IMG/VR virus record: IMGVR_UViG_3300020471_000006
Location: 64,001 to 128,000 of that record
Reading direction: 5' to 3' (one strand)
Source: a virus
Lineage: Duplodnaviria; Caudoviricetes
Length of the DNA stretch: 64,000 nt
Numbering within the stretch: the first letter of the stretch is position 1; each line of letters starts with the position of its first letter. The notes below the pieces were generated by a model, which did no database searches, was not told where the DNA came from, and worked only from the letters and a program-made list of their open reading frames with translations. Shown here piece by piece: positions 11,594-20,460 of this stretch. The position numbers and the translations under genes are program-made.

Positions 11594-12984
11594 TGACAAC
11601 ATTTTACTCTAAAGAGAGAGCAAAATATGGTAATTTGACAGGCCAGGTAATTATGTGGCCAGTAGAATATAATGGAGATCCTGATGCTATTCTCAACAAA
11701 AGAAATTTACCTGCTGGTTATTTAAAATGTGATGGCACAAAATACTATGCAGATGAATATCCACAACTTGCTGCTATTTGTGGAGTAGGTAATGCATGTA
11801 AATTTATTAGAAGAAATATTGATGGGTCACCATTTGATACATTACAAGATAATCAATTTATGGTTCCTGATCTTGGTTCAAAGTATCCAGAACCAACTTC
11901 GGGTGCTAACGCAGGAGTATATAATAATATAAGATTAGATAATGCTTTAGGTAATGAGGTAAGTCGTTCTGGTATAGGTATTGATGCAGTGTCTGCTATT
12001 GGTACTAATGTTAGAATAGATTATAGTGGAACTATTTCAGTACCAAGTCAAGAGATTGATGTTAGAGGTAAACCTTCTTGGTCATATGCTGGTGCAACAC
12101 ATCGTACAGATAATGAAGGTGTAGAGGAAAATACTATTCATCCACATACACATTTCCATTCTGCTGTAAGAGCAAGAAACATGACCACTAATGAAACTAG
12201 TAGTCAAGCTCCATCTGTAATGGGTCAGACAGGTAGGAGAAATGCTAGTACTATAGCTATCCAAGATTGGTTAGATGCTACTACTAACATAAGTAATATA
12301 CCAGGATCTGGTCAGATGCCTTGTCTTGGTAAATCTCAGTGGAGAAGTGGTCTTGGAGCAACTAACCAAATTGGACTTAACGAGACTGTATACTATGGTG
12401 GTTGTCTTGTAACAGATACCAATACAATGTCATGGAGTTGTATAATGAATGTTGATTGGAATGATGCCACTAGAGGTCCAAATGGAGAGTCGTTGAACAG
12501 ACAAACTTTAGCAGGTTCTGCTGATAACTCTAATTTAGCAAAGTTTAGGAATAGTTATCAGTTTTTTGGTATTGGATGTTTTTCACCAGGATCTGGATCA
12601 GTTATCCAATCACCTAACTATATTAATACTCCTAAAACTTATTATCAAGGAGCACCTGGTGTGCCAAATGATTTTGCTGGTAATAGTTTATATGATGTAC
12701 TCCCATTACAATCAGAAGATTCTATTAATGAGAATCGTGCTATACCAGACATTGATCAAGTTACAACAGAAACAGAAGAATTTACTAGAGAGAGTGATCC
12801 AACAATACATAATCATCGAATAGATATAGAAAAAGGTGATCATAACTATCAAGTTAAGACTGCTGCTATTGCTATACCACCTGATAATTTATCAACTACT
12901 ATGACAATAGGGGAAGATTCATCAGTATCAATTGATTCTGCATGTCAACCCTTTATCATTATGGAATTTCTAATCAAGATATGA
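11593..12984 (+). CDS. Tail-collar-domain fibre/baseplate protein 2
   Basis: GQVIMWP...LPAGYLKCDGTKY...YPQLAAICG...FMVPDL; HPHTHFH and HNH-type His motifs; ends QPFIIMEFLIKI; TAATG overlap with upstream stop. Confidence 0.8.
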   Translation: MTTFYSKERAKYGNLTGQVIMWPVEYNGDPDAILNKRNLPAGYLKCDGTKYYADEYPQLAAICGVGNACKFIRRNIDGSPFDTLQDNQFMVPDLGSKYPEPTSGANAGVYNNIRLDNALGNEVSRSGIGIDAVSAIGTNVRIDYSGTISVPSQEIDVRGKPSWSYAGATHRTDNEGVEENTIHPHTHFHSAVRARNMTTNETSSQAPSVMGQTGRRNASTIAIQDWLDATTNISNIPGSGQMPCLGKSQWRSGLGATNQIGLNETVYYGGCLVTDTNTMSWSCIMNVDWNDATRGPNGESLNRQTLAGSADNSNLAKFRNSYQFFGIGCFSPGSGSVIQSPNYINTPKTYYQGAPGVPNDFAGNSLYDVLPLQSEDSINENRAIPDIDQVTTETEEFTRESDPTIHNHRIDIEKGDHNYQVKTAAIAIPPDNLSTTMTIGEDSSVSIDSACQPFIIMEFLIKI

Positions 12985-15900
12985 CATCAACTCAATCATA
13001 CAGAAATCCTAGACAAGGTTTCTATACAGATCTTACCGTAGATACTACACCAGTGGGTGCTATTGTACCCAATTTAAAGACTGGCACAAATTCATTTGAC
13101 CATAATTTTGTTAAGTATGGTGCTACAGCATTTCCAGTATTAACTGAGTCTGCTGGTAATGCATATCTATTAGGTGATGACCCTGCATATACACATGATG
13201 GTTATCTTTATTGTAATGGTGATGAGTATAATATAGGTGATTTTCCAAGTTTATATCAAATAATTGGCAATAAGTATGGTGGTAGATCTAGTAGTGGTAT
13301 TGATGTAATCACTGGTGGAGAAGGTTATACATCTGCTCCTTCAATAACAATTTCTGATCCTCCTACTGGTGGAATAACAGCAACATGTGAGGCTGTTGTT
13401 GAGTCAGGTAAAATAAAACATATCAATCTTCTTCTTCCTGGTAAGGGATACACAGAACCACCTTCACTAACATTAACTGGAGGTTTTACAGGAAACGGTA
13501 CAGGTAGTAGTATTCAAGGTTATACTAATGTTTTAGCTTACATAGGTGGTATTTTCTATACTGTTGGTAATAATTACACAACTACTCCTTACTCTGGATC
13601 TGGACTTGGATCTGGTGCAACTGTCAATATACTTACAATTGGTACGTATCAGGCTGGTGGTATTGGCACAATTGCTATTGCTAGTGGAGGAACTGGGTAT
13701 GTTGTAGGTGATAAACTTAAAATAAATCATAAGTATCCAGGAGCAATAATGTCTTCCACTTATGTGAGTGGTGAAGGTGCTAATGCAAATAGAACTGGTG
13801 GAGTAACATATGCTGTAGAAGTTTTAAATTCATGGACATCAGCTGATGGTGAGGGTGGAGAATTTAATGTTGTTGTTGCTGCTGATGGTTCTGCTACTCT
13901 TGATTGGGGATCAGATTATATTCCTGGACCTAATGGTAACAGAGGATGGAATTATGTACAGAATGAGACCATAACTATTCCTAGTTCTTCTATTGGTGGT
14001 GGCGATGATCTAGTCATAAAAGTACTGAGTGTTACTGGTGATGGTGAAAGAGGATCTATTGAAGTTACTTCTGTGGGTGCTGGTGGTGCATCATTTGAAG
14101 TAAGATTAGGTAGTGATGGTGAAATTGAAGGCATTAATACTAATAATGTAATGGAGTGGTGGGGTGACCCATACTTAGGAACATTCTGTGTACCTGATTT
14201 AAAAACTAAAAAGGTTGTAGGTAATGGTCCTGTATTTGGTCAGAACTCACCTAACGTAGGTAATTCACAACTTGGTGTTGGTACAACAGGTGGAGCATGG
14301 TATCTTGCCAAAGAACAACAAGATGAATACTTCTCGCTTGGTAGAATAGTTACTAGTGGTTATGATCAAGTTGTTGAGTCAACTGAATGTAGTATTATTG
14401 GTCAACAACAAGTTGAGATAACAATGAGAGAATCTAAACTCTCTGGTGCTCCTCAACATAATCATACAGTATATCATTCAGAACCAGGATTTAATAGTTT
14501 TCAAGCAGAAGCATCTGGTGATAGATATCTTCAAGACTATCGTGAAGGTAAAGGTAGACTTAGTAGATGGTATCCTACTGGTGGTATTGTATTCACACAC
14601 AAACATGGATTACTAAGAAGTCCCATTACAGATAATACTGTTGCTACTTATGATGTATTTGATGCAGTTGGTGGTGCTGGTGGTTGTGGATCAATTAAAG
14701 ATCCATCAGCAACTGATAAGTTTTATATGGCATCAGGTGCTTCTGACGCTGGTACATGGGAATTTCAAACTTATATACCAGAGCCAGTAATGAAAAAATT
14801 TACTGGATCATCTAATATAGGTGGTAGAACAGTTAATAGTGGTGGTACTCCTGTTTATGATTTTTCAGATGAATGGGAATTTACATCACCAGGATCATAT
14901 AGTATAAACTTAGGAAATGTATCAGGTACACCAGACAGATTAATCTATCAAGTTATTGGTGGTGGAGGATCAGGTGCTGCTGGTACTTCTCAAGGTAATG
15001 ATGGTGGTGACAGTGTTATAGTTGTTGGTAGTGAGTTGACATTAACTGCTGAAGGTGGAGCGAAAGGTGGAGCGTCGTCAGGGATGCAAGGTGGAACAGG
15101 TGGTGCAGGTGGTCAAGCAACCAGCAGTGGTAGTGTAAGTGCTGGTGGAGCCCTTAATGGATTTGATGGTGCAAATGGAGCAACTGGACAAACATCACTT
15201 GGATGGCCATTAGCAGATTATCCAAATGATCCTTCGGGTGGAGGTCAAGGTGGTGTTGGTGGTGATTATGGTAAGGGTAGTAATGGTATAAACTTATTGG
15301 TAGGTGGACAGAGTGGTACATTTACTGAAACACTTACTGGTATAACTGGCACTTTCAACTTTGTTAATGCTAGTGGTGGTATAATCACAAATCCATCATC
15401 AGTAAATTTCGTTGTTGCTGGAGGTAAGGGTGGAACTGCTGGTCGTGGTGGATACACAGGATATAATGGTGCTGTTGTATCTGTTGATTTAGTTTCAAGT
15501 GAGTTAGATGAATTCAATCAAGGTACATGGTCATTTGTACGTGGTACTGCTGCTGGTGGTAGAATGAATGGTAGTGGTGATCATGGTGGTAATGGTGGAT
15601 ATGGTGGTGAAGGACACCAAGAAGCAGATGGTGGCGGTGGTGGAGCATGTTCCATAATAAAGAGAGGAACACAAACATTGGTTGGTGCTGGAGGAGGTGG
15701 TGGTGCTGGTGCATCTGGATACGACGGAGGTGCTGGAGTTAATGGTTCAGGACCACCATCAGGGTATTCATCTCCAGACGCTACAACACAGGCATTAGGT
15801 ACAGGTGGCGGTGGTACAGGTGGCCACTACGGATGTATCGGTGGTGGAGGAGGCGGCGGTGGCTCAGGAGTCGCTAGAAACGGTATTACATTTGGTGGTA

Positions 15901-17390
15901 TAGGAAACGGTGGTGCATCAGGTGGTCCTGGAGGTGCTCCTGGTGGAGACGGAGGACACCAAGGTGGTGGTGCAGGACAATCAGGAGTTAGTTCTTATCG
16001 TTCTGACTGGTTTACTCTTAACTCATTTAGTCATTCAAATGACTATGGTGGTGTTAATAATGGTAATGGTTATGCAACCGCAACTGTTGTATATAATAAT
16101 GACTACTGGACCTCTGGAGGAGGTGGTGGTGGTGCTGGTGGACTTTGGGCAGGTGATATTGGTTGGACTGGATTAAATAATCCTGGATCCATATCAGTAA
16201 CAGTTGGAGCTGGTGGTGCAGGTATTAATCCAGGTGGACAAACTACTGGATCTACTGCAAGTGGTGATGGTGGATACGTCAAGATTGGATTGGGTAAGAT
16301 TGTTGGATACAGTGGTGGACAAACAGGTACATCAGTAGGTGATATTGTTGCAGCTGGATCACAAGACAATACAGTATGGGATGTAAATGTTGTTGGTAAT
16401 GGTCAGGGTACTGGTACTGCTGGTAACTTTAAACTGCCAACCACACAAGTACCAGACGTTTATATTGTTGGTGGTGGTGCTACTACTGCTGCTCAAGCAA
16501 CAGTAACTGTAGCAAATAATAAAGTAACAGCAATCACTTTAGATTCTGCTGGTGCTGGATATACTGAGACACCATATGTTTATGTTATGAATGGTGCTGG
16601 TGGTGGCACTAAGATTACATCAACAATTGATGTACAAGCAGAAAATATTGATCAATTACTATTAACTGCTAATAGTTCAACACAATATACCAACTACGTC
16701 AAGTTCGGTGGTCTCAGTGGTACAACTGGCACACGATTCATTGAATTAGTTCCAGTTGATACAACCAACACACATTATTTTTCGATCAAAGCTTGTCGAG
16801 GTAATGGTGTTAATGGTGGTGATGTAGCAGAAGAAGTGCTACGTGTATACTATCAACCTGCTGATACAACTGGTTGGACATTGATTGATACTATTATTAC
16901 ACCAAACTCTCCTAGAACTGATCCTATTATTGGTAATGTTCCTATTGTTAGTGAAGCATGGGATGGTGCAAGTGGTGCTACTCAATGGTATACTTATTCA
17001 GTAGGATTACCACAAAATGCTAGAGGAGTTGGTACTAAGATTAAGATTGAACAACCACGTGCAACACCTAGTGCCTCTAATGATAATGACTTAGACAGTG
17101 ACCATTATGGTATTGCTGAATTCATTTACTGGAATGAGAAGGTAACAGGTCTTGTATTTGTTCCTACTGCTGGTAAGATCAGTAAATCTGCTGTTGATAA
17201 ACTATCATATACTGTTCAAGGTGAGACAGGTCCAGGTATTACATATAGTTCTGGTTTACAATCATCTGAAGCAACGTTGACATTAAAATCAACTACTAAG
17301 ATAGAACCACAGGCTACTATTGATCCTGATATAGATGTTCCATTGATCACAACATATAGATTATGTAAGTACTTGATCAAAGCTTTCTAA
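12981..17390 (+). CDS. Tail-collar-domain glycine-rich tail fibre protein 3
   Basis: Probable start is the ATG at 12981 (ATGA overlap), not 12942; PVGAIVP...GYLYCNGDEY...FPSLYQIIGNKYGG then ~300-aa insert before FCVPDL; long Gly-rich region; ends YRLCKYLIKAF. Confidence 0.8.
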   Translation: MTSTQSYRNPRQGFYTDLTVDTTPVGAIVPNLKTGTNSFDHNFVKYGATAFPVLTESAGNAYLLGDDPAYTHDGYLYCNGDEYNIGDFPSLYQIIGNKYGGRSSSGIDVITGGEGYTSAPSITISDPPTGGITATCEAVVESGKIKHINLLLPGKGYTEPPSLTLTGGFTGNGTGSSIQGYTNVLAYIGGIFYTVGNNYTTTPYSGSGLGSGATVNILTIGTYQAGGIGTIAIASGGTGYVVGDKLKINHKYPGAIMSSTYVSGEGANANRTGGVTYAVEVLNSWTSADGEGGEFNVVVAADGSATLDWGSDYIPGPNGNRGWNYVQNETITIPSSSIGGGDDLVIKVLSVTGDGERGSIEVTSVGAGGASFEVRLGSDGEIEGINTNNVMEWWGDPYLGTFCVPDLKTKKVVGNGPVFGQNSPNVGNSQLGVGTTGGAWYLAKEQQDEYFSLGRIVTSGYDQVVESTECSIIGQQQVEITMRESKLSGAPQHNHTVYHSEPGFNSFQAEASGDRYLQDYREGKGRLSRWYPTGGIVFTHKHGLLRSPITDNTVATYDVFDAVGGAGGCGSIKDPSATDKFYMASGASDAGTWEFQTYIPEPVMKKFTGSSNIGGRTVNSGGTPVYDFSDEWEFTSPGSYSINLGNVSGTPDRLIYQVIGGGGSGAAGTSQGNDGGDSVIVVGSELTLTAEGGAKGGASSGMQGGTGGAGGQATSSGSVSAGGALNGFDGANGATGQTSLGWPLADYPNDPSGGGQGGVGGDYGKGSNGINLLVGGQSGTFTETLTGITGTFNFVNASGGIITNPSSVNFVVAGGKGGTAGRGGYTGYNGAVVSVDLVSSELDEFNQGTWSFVRGTAAGGRMNGSGDHGGNGGYGGEGHQEADGGGGGACSIIKRGTQTLVGAGGGGGAGASGYDGGAGVNGSGPPSGYSSPDATTQALGTGGGGTGGHYGCIGGGGGGGGSGVARNGITFGGIGNGGASGGPGGAPGGDGGHQGGGAGQSGVSSYRSDWFTLNSFSHSNDYGGVNNGNGYATATVVYNNDYWTSGGGGGGAGGLWAGDIGWTGLNNPGSISVTVGAGGAGINPGGQTTGSTASGDGGYVKIGLGKIVGYSGGQTGTSVGDIVAAGSQDNTVWDVNVVGNGQGTGTAGNFKLPTTQVPDVYIVGGGATTAAQATVTVANNKVTAITLDSAGAGYTETPYVYVMNGAGGGTKITSTIDVQAENIDQLLLTANSSTQYTNYVKFGGLSGTTGTRFIELVPVDTTNTHYFSIKACRGNGVNGGDVAEEVLRVYYQPADTTGWTLIDTIITPNSPRTDPIIGNVPIVSEAWDGASGATQWYTYSVGLPQNARGVGTKIKIEQPRATPSASNDNDLDSDHYGIAEFIYWNEKVTGLVFVPTAGKISKSAVDKLSYTVQGETGPGITYSSGLQSSEATLTLKSTTKIEPQATIDPDIDVPLITTYRLCKYLIKAF

Positions 17391-17393
17391 ATA
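17388..17393 (+). promoter_or_regulatory. Candidate T4-type late promoter (TAAATA)
   Basis: TAAATA overlapping the upstream stop codon, 22 nt before the next ATG. Confidence 0.55.
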
Positions 17394-17415
17394 CTACGGA
17401 GATACTAATAATACA

Positions 17416-18291
17416 ATGGCAGATGCACCAGTACTGCAAGTACAGTTAGATGTAATCAATCAAGAGATTGAGTATGTAGGTACACCAAAAACTATTCCCG
17501 AATCATATTGGAAGGATACGCTCACTCCATTGTTATATCCTTTATGGGACAGTGACAAGGATAAACTTATCATATTCCAGTGGTTTACCAATGACACATA
17601 CATTGCAAAGCGTAGGAAGTACGTAAAAGACTTTAAGACTGGCACATACTCATGGGTTGACTATGAGATGGAACAAGTTGGTGTTGCTGAAGCAACTGCA
17701 CTTAAGGATAAATTAATTGATGGATTCTATTTAATTGATTCACTTGAGAATGATGAGTTCACTAATGAACTCGCTAGAATGTATTCTAAACAAAAAGAAG
17801 TCTCACCTTTGAGTATAAGACTAGCAAGAAATTTCCTTTTAGATGAAACAGATTGGACACAGTTACCTGATGCACCAATTGATGCTGATCTTAAAGCACA
17901 GTATACATTGTATAGAACTAAACTAAGAGAATTAACTGAGTCTACTGAGTTTAGTACAGAAACTGCTGAAACTAAGTTTCCCATTGCTCCTGAATTTTAT
18001 AATAAAATATACAAGGTAGACTTTCCAACTGAAGCATACTTGCAGACTGATGGACAGTTCATTAAGATGGGACAACACCGTCTTAAGAAGTTTAGAGATA
18101 AGATAGCATACTTCTTGACACTCAAGACAGAGACAGATGCCACTTATTTTAGTGACCTACTGGTTCAGTATGAGTCATTCAAGGTTAACATGACACAGGC
18201 TGTGCATAATGAGTTGACACTTGAAGAGAACAAAGATATCTTAGAAAAAATTATACAACAAGCTAATGATTCTCTAGGTGAGTTAGAATAA
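17416..18291 (+). CDS. Tail fibre assembly chaperone-domain protein
   Basis: Central RLARNFLLDETDWTQLPDAPIDADLKAQYTLYRTKLREL motif typical of phage tail-assembly chaperones; follows a fibre gene. Confidence 0.7.
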   Translation: MADAPVLQVQLDVINQEIEYVGTPKTIPESYWKDTLTPLLYPLWDSDKDKLIIFQWFTNDTYIAKRRKYVKDFKTGTYSWVDYEMEQVGVAEATALKDKLIDGFYLIDSLENDEFTNELARMYSKQKEVSPLSIRLARNFLLDETDWTQLPDAPIDADLKAQYTLYRTKLRELTESTEFSTETAETKFPIAPEFYNKIYKVDFPTEAYLQTDGQFIKMGQHRLKKFRDKIAYFLTLKTETDATYFSDLLVQYESFKVNMTQAVHNELTLEENKDILEKIIQQANDSLGELE

Positions 18292-18647
18292 TGATTATAC
18301 AAGGCAACGAATTATCTGTATTTGATTTGATGGAGTACTATGCCAATAGGAATCAATGTCATCTATTGTACATGGATCTTAGCAAGTATAATACTCTTGA
18401 CGCAAGCAAGAAAGCAACTGTCAATACATGGTATCAGGATTTCATCGATGAGTATGCACTTGACATAATCAAACAGGGCGTGTATACTACTATCAGGTTT
18501 GACTCAGAAGAGGTTGCTACACTGAATGCTGCTTCTTGGTTCCCTAGACTGGCAGACTGTCCTGACTCAGATCATTTCATAAATGCGTATGTCGTAGATA
18601 CATACGGTGATATAGTATGGCAAAACGTACCAGAAAACCCAAGTTAG
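18291..18647 (+). CDS. Hypothetical protein
   Basis: 118-aa ORF, TAATG-coupled to upstream gene, normal codon style. Confidence 0.65.
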   Translation: MIIQGNELSVFDLMEYYANRNQCHLLYMDLSKYNTLDASKKATVNTWYQDFIDEYALDIIKQGVYTTIRFDSEEVATLNAASWFPRLADCPDSDHFINAYVVDTYGDIVWQNVPENPS

Positions 18648-18841
18648 AGAAATTAGACAATCCGTATCTATTAGACGATAAGTTTATGATGCCAGGATTT
18701 GTTACTAAAGATCCTTATGGTGAATGGGCTGCTGTTCCTTGTGCTGGTAAGCATAACAGGTACATGGTCATACACAATGGTGAAATACTCAAGGCATGCA
18801 GTTATGATGTTGCCTTCAATTTAATGATGAAACACTATTAA
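18617..18841 (+). CDS. Hypothetical protein (start may be ATG 18686)
   Basis: ORF fills the gap and its stop overlaps the methyltransferase ATG (TAATG). Confidence 0.55.
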   Translation: MAKRTRKPKLEKLDNPYLLDDKFMMPGFVTKDPYGEWAAVPCAGKHNRYMVIHNGEILKACSYDVAFNLMMKHY

Positions 18842-19773
18842 TGAAAGATTACATATTATTTGGTGACTGTCTTGACTCACTCAAGATAATTGCAAATGAA
18901 GAACAGAAGGCACGTATGTGTGTCACATCTCCACCTTACTATGGTTTGAGAAACTATGGTGATGAAGAGAAACAGTTAGGTCAGGAACAATCACCTGAAG
19001 AGTATATTGATAATATGGTTAATGTCTTTCGTTTAGTAAGAGATTGTCTTACTGATGATGGTACACTATGGTTAAACATAGGTGATTCATATTATAATTA
19101 CAGAAAGGATGGATGTATACCTAAACAAACATTCTCTCAAAACAGACAAGACTTACCTAAAACTACACCACGTAGATCTAATAAACTTGTAGGATACAAA
19201 GATAAAGATCTTATTGGTATACCTTGGATGCTTGCATTTGCACTACGTGCTGATGGTTGGTATCTAAGGCAGGATATTATATGGCATAAACCAAATCCAA
19301 TGCCAGAGTCAGTTAGAGATCGTTGTACTAAAGCACATGAGTACATATTTCTATTAAGTAAGAGTAAATACTATCACTATGACAACGAAGCAATCAAAGA
19401 ACCTGCAAAGGACTGGGGTACAAGAGACAGAACAAATGGAAAGTACCACAATCCAGGATCAGGACTGCAACCGCATACAGGTCTTACAAAATCATATACA
19501 AAACGCAATAAACGCTCTGTCTGGTCAGTAAATAAGAAACCATACAAGGGTGCTCACTTTGCTACATATCCCGAAGAACTCATTGAACCATGCATCCTCG
19601 CAGGTTCGGAGAAGGGTGATATAGTATTAGATCCGTTCATGGGTAGTGGCACTACCGCATATGTTGCTAAGAAACATAGTAGAGCATACAGAGGGTGTGA
19701 ATTGCATAAGGAGTATGACAGTTTAATAAGTGACCGTATTCGCACCATTCCAAACAAATTACCGTTATACTAA
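18841..19773 (+). CDS. DNA methyltransferase (N4-cytosine/N6-adenine, beta class)
   Basis: Catalytic TSPPYYG near N-terminus, IIWHKPNPMP, HFATYP, SAM-binding VLDPFMGSGTT near C-terminus. Confidence 0.92.
   Translation: MKDYILFGDCLDSLKIIANEEQKARMCVTSPPYYGLRNYGDEEKQLGQEQSPEEYIDNMVNVFRLVRDCLTDDGTLWLNIGDSYYNYRKDGCIPKQTFSQNRQDLPKTTPRRSNKLVGYKDKDLIGIPWMLAFALRADGWYLRQDIIWHKPNPMPESVRDRCTKAHEYIFLLSKSKYYHYDNEAIKEPAKDWGTRDRTNGKYHNPGSGLQPHTGLTKSYTKRNKRSVWSVNKKPYKGAHFATYPEELIEPCILAGSEKGDIVLDPFMGSGTTAYVAKKHSRAYRGCELHKEYDSLISDRIRTIPNKLPLY
19766..19771 (+). promoter_or_regulatory. Candidate -10 box (TATACT) for the structured RNA
   Basis: TATACT ends 5 nt before the first base of the 13-bp terminal helix; no convincing -35. 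Confidence 0.4.
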
Positions 19774-19776
19774 GAA

Positions 19777-20021
19777 TGTTGAGAGGAACTGATGTGGTTC
19801 CTATGCCCCAAACCTACTGACTAGTCTGACTTAGAAGCAGACACATGACCGTTGGTAGAAACCTATTACTGCACATGACAGATGGTTGAGACTCTTAATT
19901 ATACTTCGTAAAGGAGTTAGCATAGAGTCAAGTGGTGGGGGTTCAGGTGTAAGCGATTCCCATAGGGTAAATTTGGGCAACTGGGTGAAACCTAGATCAT
20001 TGCCCCACGTTCCTCTCAACA
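19777..20021 (+). ncRNA. Candidate ~245-nt multi-stem non-coding RNA
   Basis: Perfect 13-bp terminal inverted repeat TGTTGAGAGGAAC (19777-89)/GTTCCTCTCAACA (20009-21) enclosing at least six further helices; no convincing + strand ORF. Confidence 0.7.
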
Positions 20022-20040
20022 CCCCATTATATTTTGAACG

Positions 20041-20460
20041 ATGCCTTCTACAGTATCACAACAACAAAAAGCAAGATTCTTTGCTGAAGGACACACACTC
20101 CCTACATGTGTGAATGATGGTTGTAATAATAATGTACAGGTAAGAGAGTGGAAGTATTGGTCATTCAAATCAGAATGTTCTAGTTGTGCCACTGCACGTA
20201 AGAAAGGAGTTGATAGACCTAATGTTACAAGACATAAAAAGAACTATTGCGAAAACAACGATGGTCATCTAGGATGGACATGTCCTGTATCCACATTCGT
20301 AGGATTTGAGACTAGTCTTGACTTAGACCATTTAGATGGTGATCATCATAACAATGTTCCTAGTAATGTCAAGACATACTGTAAACTATGTCATGGACGT
20401 AAATCAATATTAAATGGAGACTGTAACAGTAACAAATCATCATCGAGGAGTATTGGATGA
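20041..20460 (+). CDS. Small HNH endonuclease with Cys-rich (zinc-binding) N-terminus
   Basis: LDLDHLDGDHHNNVPSNVKTYCKLCH HNH signature; CVNDGC and CSSC upstream. Confidence 0.85.
   Translation: MPSTVSQQQKARFFAEGHTLPTCVNDGCNNNVQVREWKYWSFKSECSSCATARKKGVDRPNVTRHKKNYCENNDGHLGWTCPVSTFVGFETSLDLDHLDGDHHNNVPSNVKTYCKLCHGRKSILNGDCNSNKSSSRSIG

Noticed and set aside
14950-16620. GGT/GGA-rich tandem-like sequence as microsatellite or diversity-generating target
   Set aside because: Explained by glycine-rich fibre coding; no reverse transcriptase and no template/variable repeat pair with A-specific mismatches seen.
19886-19931. Group I intron core (GACTCT/AGAGTC resembles P7 enclosing a P8-like hairpin)
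   Set aside because: No convincing P3 partner or bulged G-binding geometry, the flanking genes are intact with no split reading frame, and the element is closed by a terminal helix unlike an intron.
19831-20113. ORFs 19831..20022 (-) and 19886..20113 (+) across the structured element
   Set aside because: No ribosome site, atypical composition, TTG/weak starts and overlap with HNH; base-pairing explains the sequence better.
20041-20460. IscB/Cas9-like OMEGA nuclease
   Set aside because: Only 139 aa, no PLMP motif, RuvC segments or bridge helix; no transposon ends seen.
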